DNA from: Phyllobates terribilis | Lineage: Eukaryota | Reading direction: 5' to 3' | NCBI RefSeq assembly: GCF_046119375.1 | Contig: NW_027362769.1 | Coordinates: 362,576,001-362,640,000, forward strand | DNA length: 64,000 bases | Part shown: in pieces, positions 48,819 to 61,725 of the stretch | Position numbering within the stretch: position 1 is the first letter of the stretch | Layout of the letters: each line of letters starts with the position of its first letter | Notes under the pieces: model-generated | Database searches by the model: none | Seen by the model: only the letters and a program-made list of their open reading frames with translations | What the model was told of the DNA's origin: nothing | Translations under genes and position numbers: made by a program

Positions 48819-50004
48819 CAAGCAGTCGTGAAATGTGCCAATTTAGGACTGTGGCCTGTGGGGCATTGGCTGCGAATTTGCGCTTTCATTCAAAGGTCCG
48901 GGATATGGACAATTGAACGCTGCGGTGGGACGTGGACGTTGATGCTGTTTCTTGAGAAACTGCCATAACAAGTGAAGACTGAGAGGAGGGGGCATCTTTG
49001 CATGCAGTATGGACAGGGGATTGCCTTGCACGCACAACAGGGGTTGCTCTTACACGCACAACAGCGGAAGAAGCAGTGGTGACACCCGCTGACACAGGTC
49101 GTGGACCCTGGGGTTCACCCCACAAAGTCGGGTGCTTTGCTGCCATTTGCCTGATCATGCTGGTGGTGGTCAGGCTGGTAGTTTTGTCACCCCTGCTGAT
49201 GCTGGCATGGCAGGTGGTAAAAATGGCCTTTTTGGGGTTATCAGCAGAGTCTTTAAAAAATTCCAGACTCTGGAAGACCTACCAGTTGTACTGGCAACGT
49301 CCCTCATGTTGGTGTCACTGGGAACGGTTGCCCGCCTTCTGTCTGCGGCCACCAGACTGCTTCTTCCTGTCTGTTGGGGTACTTAGCCTCCCTCCCCCTG
49401 TGTGCTGCTGGCTTCGCTCTGCGTGTCCTCCTGCCACCTTGGGTCAGTTACTAGATCATCCACCACCTCCTCCTTTTCCACTTGTGCACCACGATCCTCC
49501 TCCTCACTTTGTGGCAATTGCGTCTCGTCATCGTCCACCTCTTGTGACAAATTGCCAGCGTCGACTTCCTCTGGCCATGGCTGTTCAAATACTTGGGCAT
49601 CGCTACATGGGATCTCCTCTTCCACCACTTCAAGCGGAGCAGGCGAGGGGCACAAATATGGAAATGGACCAGTGAACAGCTCTTCAGAGTGTCCAAGTGT
49701 GGGATCAGTTGCTGTCTGACGACACTCGGCATGGTGGGAGGAAGGAGCATCAGGGTGAGGAGTATGCGGTCGAGACTCACGGCTACTAAAACTTGACCGT
49801 GTGGAAGACAGACCAGAGGTGGTGGTGCCCAGGTAACTGGAAGTATTATCTGCTATCCAATTATTAACTTGTTCACACTGATCAGTTCACAATAGTGGTC
49901 TTGTTGTTGTGTGCTTCCCTAGTAATTCGGTCAAGAACTGGAAGCGAGAAGATGTGGCTGTTGGTTGTCGCACATTTTCACCTTGGCCAAGGCCCCGTTC
50001 TCTA

Positions 50005-50920
50005 CACGCAGTTTTTTTTTAACGGCAAAAAATGACAAAAAAAGGATAATACAGAGATTTGACCCGTGGAACTGCAAAACCACAGTTATACTTTTCTGGC
50101 CTACACCAGAATCTTTCAAACAGATATATTTCTGTCTGAACAATCAGGGAGACACTAGTACTGTTTTTTTTTACAGCAAAAAATGCTAAAAACAGGATAA
50201 TACAGAGATTTGACCCGTGAAACTGAAAAAACACAGTTATATTTTTCTGGCCTACACCAGACTCTTTTAAACAGATATATTTGAGTCTGACCAGTCAGGG
50301 AGACACTATTACAGTTTTTTTTACGGCAAAAAATGCCAATAAAAGGATAATACAGAGATTTGACCAGTGGAACTGCAAAACCACCGATATATTTTTCTGG
50401 CCTACACCAGAATCTTTCAAGCAGATATATTGGTGTCTGAACATTCAGGAGACATTATTACTGTTTTTTTTTACAGCAAAAAAATGCCAAAAACAGGATA
50501 ATACAGAGATTTGACCTGTGGAACTGCAAAACCACAGTTATATTTTTCTGGCCTACACCAGACTCTTTTAAACAGATATATTTGTGTCTGACCAGTCAGG
50601 GAGACACTATTACAGGTTTTTTTTACGGCAAAAAATGCCAAAAAATGGATAATACAGAGATTTGACCCGTGGAACTGCAAAACCACAGTTATATTTTTCT
50701 GGTCTACACCAGACTCTTTTAAACAGATATATTTGTGTCTGAACAATCAGGGAGACACTATTATGGGTTTTTTTTATGGCAAAAAATGCCAAAAACAGGA
50801 TAATACAGAGATTTGACCCGTGGAACTGCAAAACCACAGTTATATTTTTCTGGCCTACACCAGACTCTTTTAAACAGATATATTGGTGTCTGAACAGTCA
50901 CAGACACACTCAATTTTTTT
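50005..50920. repeat. ~153-bp tandem repeat, ~6 units, in the hAT 5' region
   Basis: TTTTTTACGGCAAAAAATGCCAAAAA..GGATAATACAGAGATTTGACCCGTGGAACTGCAAAACCACAG recurs about every 152-153 bp. Confidence 0.9.
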
Positions 50921-51407
50921 TTTTTGGGTGGAGGGGGGAATACCAAAAGGTTAATAAGACACGAATTTGTACAGTCTGACTGAGGGAAAAAAAATACAGG
51001 ATTTAGATGAAAACAAAAAGGATTTTTCCTGGCCCTTGAGACCGGAGAATAAGTCTAGCAATTTGACCAGCAGGAGCACACAGGACTGTAATGCAGGTAT
51101 AACCACTGCGTCTCCTATACATCCTGCCTGCCTGATATCTGGGATGGATATTAGTCCTGAGAAGGACTGTTTGTTTGATTTGGCAGGCTTTAGAGACCCT
51201 ACTCTAACTATTTTGCAGGATAAATCTCTCCCTAGTTCAGCAGCACTGACCCTACACTGTCTGATCCGGAGCGACTGTGTCCAAGATGGCGGCGTCCGGT
51301 TTTAAATACTCGAGGTGACGCTGTGCGGCCAGCCAATCACTCTAATGCCCACAAACAACATGGCTGCAACATTACAGTGACTGGCTGGCAATCCCTGCAT
51401 GTTCATT

Positions 51408-52249
51408 TGACGCACCCCCAGGGCCGTGGGGTACTCGGCAGCCAGGCCTATGGATGCCGGTATGGCGGGGATATCACGGTGGCTGGCCCGGTCCGTGACC
51501 CAGGGCGGTCAATAGAAAGGGGAATTATTTATAAGGAATTTGGAAAGTTTGTGACGCCACCTGTGGAATGCGGCAAATGGGGGGTCGCTGCTGCGGAGCA
51601 GTCCTCTGAGGCAGATGGTAGGGCAGCTTGTGATGGAGCGGCTCCCCACAGGTGGAGCGGGCCTCAGGGCAGCGTGGGATGTAATGGGTGGTGGTGCAGG
51701 GGAGAGAGGCGGCAGGACGGTCCCGGAGGAAAGACGGACAATCACACGGGGGTAAGCTTCAGTACCTTTACTGGTGAAGATGCAGGCACAGTCCAGGGTA
51801 CTCAGGACGAAGGGCGCACTTTTTGAATCTCCCCAGTGAGCGGGTATAGGGCCTCCTGATCCGTGGCTTTACTCGCTAAGCTTCAGGCCTGCCTGGAGCT
51901 AGGCCTAGCTTGGTTACTATCTCTCTCTTGCACCTGCTGACCTGGTGGTAGGGCCTTCTGCTGGAGATCACTCTCCCTGGTCGCTGGGGCCTCCGTGACT
52001 CCTAGCCCTGGTACTGTAGTCAGCGTTTCGTAATCCTGGGACCTGTAGTCCTCCAGGGGTTCCAGTGGTCCCTACTGGGTATAAGGGACCCCGTAGGCAC
52101 GGACCCGTTGTCCGGTATATATCTCGGGGTGAGCCTGGTATGCTCCTCTGCCCCCTCACTACTTCTTCCTTCTCCTCTCGCCTTCGGCCACACTCAGGGC
52201 CCTCACTAGGCCTTCAGTGTGCTGTAGGCCTTAGCTCGCCTAAGCACAG
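51408..52249 (-). repeat. U5-side part of the 3' LTR of an older tRNA-Ser(CGA) Gypsy (split by a nested element)
   Basis: Colinear with the first ~840 bp of 52250-53338; continues at 60463-60703. Confidence 0.85.
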
Positions 52250-53770
52250 TGACGTGCCCCCAGGGCTGTGGGGTACTCGGCAGCCGGGCCTTCTATCTCG
52301 CTGCTGGGGGATATCACGGTGGCTGGCCCGGTCCGTGAACCAGGGTGGTCAGTGCAAAAAGGGAATATTTTTATATGAGGTTTTTGGGATTGTTCGTGAC
52401 GCCACCTGAGGAATGCGGCTAAAGGGAGCTGCCGCTGTGGAGCAGTCCTCTGGAGAGGGTGTTTCAGCAGCAGGAATGGTGTGGCTCTCCACAGGTAGAG
52501 CTAGCTCCAGGGCAGTGTAGGGGTAGATGGTGGTGCGGGGGAGAGGCGGCAGGACCGTCCCGGAGGAAAGATGGACACTCACACAGGGGTAAGCTTCAGT
52601 ACCTTTACTGATGATGCTGCAGGCACGGTCCAGGGTACTCCGGGCGAAGGGTGCACTTTTGGACTCTCCCCAGTGAGCAGTTATAGGGCCTACTGATCTG
52701 TGGCTTTACTCATTAAGCTTCTGGCCTGCCTGGAACTAGGCCTAGCTTAGTTACTGTCTCTCTCCTGCACCTGCTGACCTGGTGGTAGGGCCTTCTCTTT
52801 TGGAGATCACTCTCCCTGGACGCTGGGGCCTCCATGACTCCTAGCCCTGGTACTGAAATCACCAATCACCTGTAGTCCTCCAGGGGTTCCGGTGGTTCCT
52901 ACTGGGTATAAAGAGTCCCTGTAGGTGCAGACCCGGTGTCCGGTATCTATCTCGGGGTGAGCCTGGTATGCCCCTCTGCCCCCTTGTTACTTCTTCCTTC
53001 TCCTCTCGCCTTCGGCCACATTCAGGCCCTCACTAGGCTTTCACACGTGCTGTAGGCCTTGACTCGCCTAAGCACAGCAGCCAGCGTGCTGCCTCTTCTC
53101 CGCTCTCTGAGCAACGGCACGCTCTCAGACTCTCTCTGTCTGACTGCTCTGAACACTGACTCTGAGCACAGAACTGAGCTGCCTGGCTCCACCTTCCCTT
53201 TATATATCCCTATCAGGGCTCCCTCTGCTGGTATGATGTGGAAGGTGGAGGTGTGTGAATGTGTGAGGGCCTCTTGTGGAGAAGTCCATCCATGCACCCC
53301 TCTGAGTCTGTGGCACCAATGCGCAGCAGGGTGCCACATTCCCCCCTAGTAAAACTCAGTACTCCTGGACTGAAGCATTTTTGCAAAAACATGTTAAACA
53401 ATAACATTTCTTCCCTTTACGGGAGGCACTTTTCTTGAACGTTACAGGAACATTATAATACAATTAATATATATAAAACATTTTCAGAGTTTTTCAAGTA
53501 AATGTGTCCATTTCACCGATGAAGGAAGAACATGAGGGACCCACCTGAAAATCCCTCAACGTAGGCCCTGGGCGTGGCTACAGGGCATAGGTGATCCAGG
53601 TGATGGACCACATCTTCGGCAACGCCAAACGGGTTTTTGTTCAGTGGTCAAATAAGGGGCACTATTTACAAATTAAGTTTTTGGCTGCTCACATATAAAT
53701 TTCAGTTTATACAATAAACATTATTCAATTCCCTACTGGGTAACTATTTACACTGCCAGTGTTTCTCTAT

Positions 53771-56700
53771 TCACTCCCTATACCTGACAGGGACCTGGCC
53801 TTTTGTGCTACGTGAGGACCTACGTAGTACTGGGGTGTTGCTGATGTACATGTTTGCACTGTCTGCTACCCTGTCAGATATACGTGTGGGTAAATTGTAG
53901 AACTGTCTTAACCTCTCTATGGGACTGGCAAGTGCACTGTCTACTGGGCCTGCAGGCTCTGCTTCTGCCGGCGATCCTTTCTCCGGGGATTCTTCCTGAG
54001 CAGGCTCTTCTGGGGCACTTACAGGTCCTACTTGCAGTGGAGGTTCTTCTGGCTATTGGTAGAAGTGCTGCACACGTATTATTACCGCTCCATCCAGTTG
54101 AGGCCAATCTGCCGGGAAATCTCCTAAGATAGTATGGAGTACTTCTTCTTTAGGCTCCTCCGGTACGGTGAGAGGCACTTCCTCCTGGGGCTTCAGCGGA
54201 CTTGGGCACAGCTTCAGATGGCCTCTTGATACCGTTGCAGTTGTTTTGCCTCCATCTTTGCTAATCAGGCAAGTTTTACTGTTATAAAATCTGGAGTTCA
54301 GCACTGTGTAGGGCTCTCTTTCCCACTGGTCATCGAGCTTGTGACTTCTTCTCTTCCGTTTCAGCACAACTTCTCTAGGTGTCAAGGGTTCGGCTGGTGC
54401 ACTCTTGTTATACTGCGCTTCCTGCTTATCTCTCACCCTATTTAGACTGTCTTCGACACAGGCTTGTATTCTCTTGTACTGCTCCTGTCAGGTCGTATAC
54501 CAGTCTTCAGTGGACACATCTGCTCTGGCTCTACCACTCCAAGCTCCAGGTCCATGGGCAACTTTCCGGGTCTCACTCTCATTAGGTACGCTGGAGTACA
54601 ATTGGTGGAACTCACAGGTATGAGATTGTACAGATCTACCAGGTCAGGTAGTTTGTCTGGCCACTGATTTCTTTCTTCTAGAGGTAAAGTCTTCAGCAGG
54701 TCTATGACAATATTGTTCATCTTTTCACATAGACCATTGGTTTGAGGGTGGTACGGTGTAGTCCGAATCTTCTTACACCCGTACAGATGGCAAAACTCTT
54801 TGAACAGCCCGGCTTCAAAGGCAGGGTCTTGATCCGTCAGCACCTTATCCGGGTATCCATGGGGCCTGCAGAAGTATGCTTAAAACGTCCTTGCTGCAGT
54901 TTCTGCCGTCAGATCCTGGACGGGGGCTAACACCAGGAACCGGGAGTAGTGATCCATCATGGTCAGGGCATAGGAGTAGCCTGTCCTGCTGGGTGACAGC
55001 TTGACGTGATCCAGATCGACGATCTCCAGGGACTGGGTTGTCTTGATGGACTGCAAGGGTGCTTTCTGGCTGCTGTAGTCTTTTCTTCTGAGGCTACAGG
55101 TTCAACAATCCCGGCACCACCTCTCTATGGAGCTCCGCATTCCAACCCAGTAAAACCGACTCTTCAGGAGAGTTTCCAGCTTCTTCCAGCTAAAGTGCCC
55201 TGCTTGATCATGGTAGGCCTTCCAACACCATCTGGATGTCTGTTCTGGGCACTACTATCTGCCATACCATCTCATGGGTTCTAGGGTTAACATACCTTCG
55301 GCACAGCTTCTCTCTATAGATGAACAGCCGGTTTCTCTAATTCCACAGTTGCTTGGCTTGTTGAGAAGCGTCCTTCTCCAGGGAGGAACCTTCCTGGGTT
55401 GTCAGTTCCTTGATTCGGCTGACAACTGGGTCACTGTCCTGGGACTCCTTTCAACTGTGATGAGGTAAAGGGTTGAGTGTCTTACTGTGATACCTCCTGG
55501 AGGTGCGCTGCTCTTGTTCCATCCCATTTCTGTGGAAGGCAGGTAGCTCAATCTCCTCCAGGTCATCCACTTCTTCTTCAGTGTCTGACTGGTGAGGCAT
55601 TCTGGATAGGGCATCGGCATTGGCGTTCTTGTTGCCTGCCCGGCACTTGTTGGTGAACTGATAGTTTGACAGTCGGGCCATCCAACGCTGCTCCATGGCT
55701 CCCAACTTGGCTGTCTCTAGATGTGTCAAGGGGTTGTTGTCAGTATAGGCCGTGAACTTAGTGGAGGCCAGGTAGTGCTTGAATCATTCAGTGATGGCCC
55801 AGACCAAGGCCAGGAGCTCCAACTTGAAGGAGCTATAGTTTTCTGGGTTTGGGTTCCTCTCTGTCGGACGAAGCTTCCTGCTGGCATAGGCGATCACCTT
55901 CTCTTTGCCATACTGCTTCTGACTCAACACAGCTCCTAGTCCCTCGTTGCTGGCATCAGTGTACAGAAGGAAAGGTTGGCTGTAGTCAGGGTAGGCCAGG
56001 ATCTCTTCGCCAGTCAGGATCTCTTTCATCACTGCAAAAGACTCAGCCTGTTCTTTACCCCACTGGAAGGGGAGGTTCTTGCCTCTCTTGGACTGTCCTA
56101 CCAGGAGATCTTGCAAAGGTGCTGCCTTCTTGGTGTAGTCCCTTTCAAATCTCCGGTAGTACCCGACCAGTCCCAGGAACTGACGTATCTCCTTGAGATT
56201 CTTCGGCTCCGGTTATTTCTGGATGGCAGTGACCTTCTCCGGGTCTGGTGCTACTCCTTCTGGACTGACGATGTGCCCCAGGTACTGAACCTTCTGTTTG
56301 AGCAGGTGGCACTTGGAAGGTTTCAATTTCATCCCATACCGGGACAATGCTTCAAATACCTCCGCAAGGTGCTTCAAATGGTCCTCATACGTCTTGGAGT
56401 ACACTATCACGTCATCCAGTTATAGCAGCATGGTCTCGAAGTTTCGGTGTCCCAAACAGCACTCCATCAATCTCTGGAACGTTCCAGGGGCATTACAGAG
56501 TCCGAACGGCATACGGTTGAACTCGCAGAGTCCCATCGGGGTAGTGAAGGCCGTCTTCTCCCGGTCCTCCTCAGCAACTGCTCCTTGCCAGTACCCACTA
56601 GTGAGGTCAAGGGTAGAGAAGTAATTTGCACACTTTAATGCAGCCAGGGATTCCTCTATATGGGGCAAAGGGTATGCATCTTTATGTGTTATGCGATTTA

Positions 56701-57860
56701 CCTGTCTGTAATCTACACACATCCTCATGCTTCCATCCTTTTTCCTGACCAGGACCAGGGGAGCTGCCCAGGGGCTACAGCTATCTCTTATTACCCCTGC
56801 CTCCTTCATGTCATGCAACATTTCCTTCGCTTTCTGGTAGTGTGCTGGTGGGATGGGCCTGTAATGTTCTTTGATAGATGGATGGTCACCTGTGGGTATA
56901 TGGTGTTGTACCCCTTTACTCCTCCCAAAATCAAGTGGGTGTTTGCTGAATACCTGTTCGTATTCCTGGACCACCCTGTATACACCTTGTTTTCGATGGA
57001 CAGGAGTGGCGTCACTCCCAACATGGAGCTGTTGACACCAATCCCCCACCTGGGTTTCCGAGTCGTTATCCTCCACTCTGTCTGGTGAGTTTAAGAACTC
57101 CACTGTGTGGATAGCGTTGTTATCCACAGTATACAACCTGGCAACAGTGGTGTACCTTGGTACTTTAACTTCATCCTCTCCATAGTTTAGGAGGCGTATG
57201 GGCACCCTCCCATTGCATACATCCACTACCCCTCTGGCAGTTAAGAGTGTAGGTCTGTGCTCTGAGCTAATGGGCTCTACTACCGCCTGGTAGTTCTGTC
57301 CTCTTAGACATATTGCTGCTCTACACCAAATCGGCATTTCACTCATCGGGGGAATCACAATGGGTATCGGGTCTGTCACCCGTACATTACCAATTTCACC
57401 ACCTGTTAACTTTACCTATTGCTCGTACATAAGGGCTCGGATCTCTTTCTGGAACACCCTCCTCTGCCCTGGCTTGGCAGTGCCAGCCTTCTGTTGCAGC
57501 AAGAACAACACTTCTCCCAAACAGTTACCAACAACATTAGTACCAAGTATCATGTACAAGTCTGTATCATCAGGATTAGTCTCTACTACAATTAGTCTCT
57601 GGTCCTTCAGTTCCACTCTTCAACCTTTACTGCCACATCCTTAACCCCGACTAGATTAAGGGGAAGGCCATTAGAGGCATACACAGAAAGGTTTGGAGCT
57701 GGCGGGTGAAGTTCGTCTATGGACCAGAACCTTTTGTAGAGGACATCAGGCATGATGGTTACCTGAGATCCAGTGTCCAGCAGGGCAGGTGTCGCGATGC
57801 CATCCAGCACAATGGACAGGAAAGGTCTTCCTCCCAAGAACCGATGGTACCAGTTTGATG
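53771..57860 (-). pseudogene. pol: Gypsy pol (PR, RT, RNase H, IN), disrupted
   Basis: LLDTGSQVT, CSPWAAPLVLVRKKDGSMRMCVDYR, LDLTSGYWQ, MPFGLCNAPGTFQR, LYTDAS, TDQDPAF..YHPQTNGLCEK. Confidence 0.9.
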
Positions 57861-57872
57861 GGCCTGGTTGGT

Positions 57873-58966
57873 CTACTCCTGGGTGTCAGCCTTCGGCCCC
57901 AGGGTTTGCTCGTTTAAAGGACAGTTTCTCGCTGTGTGGCCTGCCTTCTGGTAGCGGTAGCAGATGAAGTCTCCTGGAGGGCGAAGTTGGTCGTTGGTCC
58001 TCCCACGGGGTGGCGTTGTCCTCCTCCGGGGAGGCGTTGTCCTCCTACGGGGAGGCGTTGTCCTCCTTCTTCTCCTCATCCATGGGACATCCTCAGGGCT
58101 GTCGGCCAGTAGGATTCTTCCTTCCGGCTCAGGCTCCGTCTGTAGCTGCAGGGTGCTCAGGACAGTGACCAAGGTTTTACTTAACTGGCGCACTTCAGAG
58201 CGTAGGCTGTTCAGCTTACTAGGGGGCACTGTTTGCATCTTTGTTTCAGCCGTAATGAAGGAGCAGTGGGTGCTGCAGGCACTGGGGTGGCCCCACCCTG
58301 GTAACGCTGGATAGCAGTATCTGTTGTTTCCAGGGGCTGCAGACCCTTTATAGCCATGTCCTTAAGGGTGTCAAAGGTGGCACCTGGATGATATAAGGCC
58401 CACCACCGTACAGTTCTGCTCTCCTCCTGGGACCTTTACCCCCGGATGAACTGTTCCGTCTGCATTTTATTTTCATTTTGTATGCTGGCTGGACTAACCT
58501 GTTTCAGGGCCCGCAGGGCCTCTTGTAAGCGCCAGGCATAGTCCCGGATACTGTCCTCAGGTTTCTGGACACAGTGGTAGAACCTCATCCGGAGATCCGT
58601 CTCAGTGCTGTTTTCAAACACAGTTTGAAGTCTTTTAAAGATGATGGATACTGATTCCTGGTCTGAGGCTGGCCAGTTTTCAACCTCCCTCTATATGGCA
58701 CCAGTCAATTGTCTTAACACAACAGCTGCTCTTTGCTTGCCCATTATAGAATACATGTCTAGCACAACGCATATTTTTCTCTTGAAGCCGGACAGGTTTT
58801 ACTGAGGAAGTAATTTTGCTCTAGGGATTTACGGCAGGGCCATGGGTATCAACGGGGTCATGACCCCTGCTGGTGGAGCGGCCGCTCCGGCCTGTGCAGC
58901 GCCGGGCGCAGGTTGGGCATCAGGAGCGCTAACCGGTGCTCCGGCGGCTTGCTGGTCGTCAGCCAT
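57873..58966 (-). pseudogene. gag: Gypsy gag (PNMA-like capsid, degenerate knuckle), disrupted
   Basis: FYHCVQKPEDSIRDYAWRLQEAL capsid-like motif; ICYRYQKAGHTARNCP knuckle; ATG at ~58966 with in-frame stops downstream. Confidence 0.75.
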
Positions 58967-59335
58967 GGTTGCGCCCCCCTAGTGAACCGGAGCCTACCTT
59001 CTTCACTTTCTTTACCAGGTAGACCGCAGCTCCGTGAGCGACGGTCTTCTTCCAGGACCTTGCTTCGCTCGCGTCTGACGTCAGAGCGTCCTCTGGCTCC
59101 TTCCAGGACCTGACGCTTCCTTGTTCGACGTCAGGGGCGGGGCGTGTCCTGGGTTTTGTGCGCTTCAGCGGTTACGCCTCTCCAATTCCCACGGTTACAC
59201 CCCTCTTCTTCCCGCGCGGCGACAGGAAGATGGCGGAGATTGGCGGTAAATCTCGGAAATGGCGGGAAACCTTCACCACAGTGAGTATTACAGTTTTTTT
59301 AAAGGCGCTCAGTACCCGGTGGCTACGGGCACAGA

Positions 59336-59353
59336 ATCCTGTTCATGACGCTA
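59336..59353 (-). promoter_or_regulatory. Primer-binding site complementary to tRNA-Ser(CGA)
   Basis: Plus strand ATCCTGTTCATGACGCTA vs a vertebrate tRNA-Ser(CGA) 3' end ATCCTGTTCGTGACGCCA (16/18), 4 nt from the LTR. Confidence 0.75.
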
Positions 59354-60458
59354 AGCTTGACGCGCCCCCATGGCCGTGGGTTACTCGGCAGCTGGGCCTT
59401 CTATCTCGCTGCTGGGGGATATCACGGTGGCTGGCCCGGTCCGTGACCCAGGGCGGTCAGTGCAAAAAGGGGATATTTTTATATGGGGTTTTTGGGATTG
59501 TTTGTGACGCCACCTGTGGAATGCGGTTAAAGGGAGCTGCTGCTGCAAAGTAGTACTTTGGAGCGGGTGTTACAGCAGCAGGGATGGTGTGGCTCTCCAC
59601 AGGTAGAGCTAGCTCCAGGGCAGTATAGGGGTAGATGGTGGTGCGGGGGAGAGTCGGCAGGACGGTCCCGGAGGAAAGACGGACACTCACACGGGGGTAA
59701 GCTTCAGTACCTTTACTGATGATGCTGCAGGCACGGTCCAGGGTACTACGGGCAAAGGGTGCACTTTTGGACTCTCCCCAGTGAGCGGGTATAGGGCCTC
59801 CTGATCTGTGGCTTTACTCATTAAGCGTCAGGCCAGCCTGGAACTAGGCCTAGCTTAGTTACTGTCTCTCTCCTGCACCTGCTGACCTGGTGGTAGGGCC
59901 TTCTCTCTTGGAGATCACTCTCCCTGGATGCTGGGGCCTCCATGATTCCTAGCCCTGGTACTGCAATCAGCATTTGGTGAAACTGGGACCTGTAGTCCTC
60001 CAGGGGTTCCGGTGGTTCCTACAGGGTATAAAGAGTCCCTGTAGGCGAGGATCCAGTGTCCGGTATCTATCTCTGGGTGAGCCTAGTATGCTCCTCTGCC
60101 CCCTTGTTACTTCTTCCTTCTCCTCTCGACTTCGGCCACACTCAGGCCCTCACTAGGCTTTCACACGTGCTGTAGGCCTTGGCTCGCCTAAGCACAGCAG
60201 CCAGTGTGCTGCCTCTTCACCGCTCTCTGAGCGTCGGCACACTCTCAGACTCTCTCTGTCTGACTGCTCTGAACACTGACTCTGAGCACAGAACTGAGCT
60301 GCCTGGCTCCACCTTCCCTTTATATATCCCTATCAGGGCTCCCTCTGCTGGTATGAGGTGGAAGGTGGAGGTGTGTGAATGTGTGAGGGCCTCTTGTGGA
60401 GAAGTCCATCCATGCACCCCTCTGGGTCTGTGGCACCAATGCGCAGCCGGGCGCCACA

Positions 60459-61725
60459 TTAGCAGCCAGCGTGCTGCCTCTTCGCTGCTCTCTGAGCGTC
60501 AGCACGCTCCCTTCTCACTGACTAAACTAAACTGAAACTGAGCTGCCTGGCTCCACCCTAACTATATAAGTTCCTAACGGGCTCCCTCTGGTGGTCTGAG
60601 GTGGTACTGTGGAGGTGTGTGAATGTGTGAGGGCCTCTTGTGGAGAAGTCCATCCATGCACCCTTCTGGGTTCTGTGGCACCAATGCGCAGCAGGGCACC
60701 ACATCTCCCCCTAGTAAAACTCATTACTCCTGGACGGAAGCATTTTTGCAAAGCAGGTTAAAGAATTAACAATAACAAGTATAATAACAATAGAGTTACA
60801 GTAAGTCCCGTAACCTGGCGTCCATTTCACCGATGAAGGAACATGAGGGACCCGCCTGAAAAGCCTCAACGTAGGCCCTGGGCGTGGCTACAGGGCATAG
60901 GTGATCCAGGTGCTGGACCACGTCTTCAGCCACGCCAAACAGGTTTTTGTTCTGAGGTCACTTAAAAGGCACTCCAGGGAGTGCAACTATGTACATGACA
61001 GTTTTTGGGCTACTCACAGTCCTCAGCCACCGAGTCCTTTATTTATACAAATATGGGTAACTAAATGCAATGAGAAGTGTCCGTGTCACATAAATTGTCC
61101 ATTAGTAAGGCAAAATAAATCAATAAATAAATACATGAAATTATTACAAGAACATACCCTACGGGGTAACTATTTATACAGTCACTGTTTCTCTATTCAC
61201 TCCCTATACCTGACAGGGGTCTGGCCTTTTGTGCTACGCGATGACCTACGTAGTACTGGGATGCGTGCATTGTGGATGCTTGCGCTATTTTCCACTCTAT
61301 CAGCTCTATGTGTTGGTGGACTGCAAGACTGCCTTAACCTTTCTACCGGACTGGCAAGTACACTGGTTACTGGGCCTACTTGCTCTGCTTCCATCGGTGC
61401 TCCTTCTTCCGGGGATTCTTCCTGAGCAGGCTCTTCCGGGGCGCTTATAGGTCTTACTTGCAGTGGAGAGTCTTCTGGCTGTTGGTAGAAGTGTAGCATA
61501 GGTATTATTACAGCTCCATCCAGTTGAGGCCAATCTGCCGGGAAATCTCCTAAGACAATATGGAGTACTTCTTCTTTGGGCTCCTCCGGTAGGGTGAGAG
61601 GCACTTCCTCCTGGGGCTTCAGCGGACTTGGGCACAACTTCAGATGGTCTCTTGATACCGTTGCAGTTGTTCTTCCTCTGTATTTGCTAATTAGACAGGT
61701 TTTCCTATTGTCGAATCTGGAGTTC
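60459..61725 (-). mobile_element. Remainder of the older Gypsy: U3-side LTR part, PPT, 3'-UTR and integrase C-terminus
   Basis: LTR part 60463-60703, PPT TCTCCCCCCTAG, ORF 61197-61637 matching the IN tail at 53771-54230; cut off by CR1. Confidence 0.88.

Larger units (their letters stand above)
44804..51407 (-). mobile_element. Decayed hAT transposon (BED-finger transposase) interrupted by an LTR element
   Basis: Transposase fragments at 44859-46969 and 48819-~49900 (WNF.. BED region, MIRQMAAKH, WHISRLL|ALEMLPF joined across the insertion); subterminal repeats and motif at 50005-51407. The 5' TIR is not seen. Confidence 0.85.
52250..60458 (-). mobile_element. Full-length, decayed Gypsy LTR retrotransposon (tRNA-Ser(CGA) PBS)
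   Basis: LTRs 52250-53338 and 59358-60458, PPT ~53339-53348, PBS 59336-59353, gag then PR-RT-RH-IN with many stops and frameshifts. Confidence 0.92.

Noticed and set aside
53500-53600. Gypsy 3'-UTR hairpins as a hammerhead or HDV-like ribozyme
   Set aside because: No CTGANGA/GAAA core or nested double pseudoknot could be identified by eye; kept only as a structured cis-element candidate.
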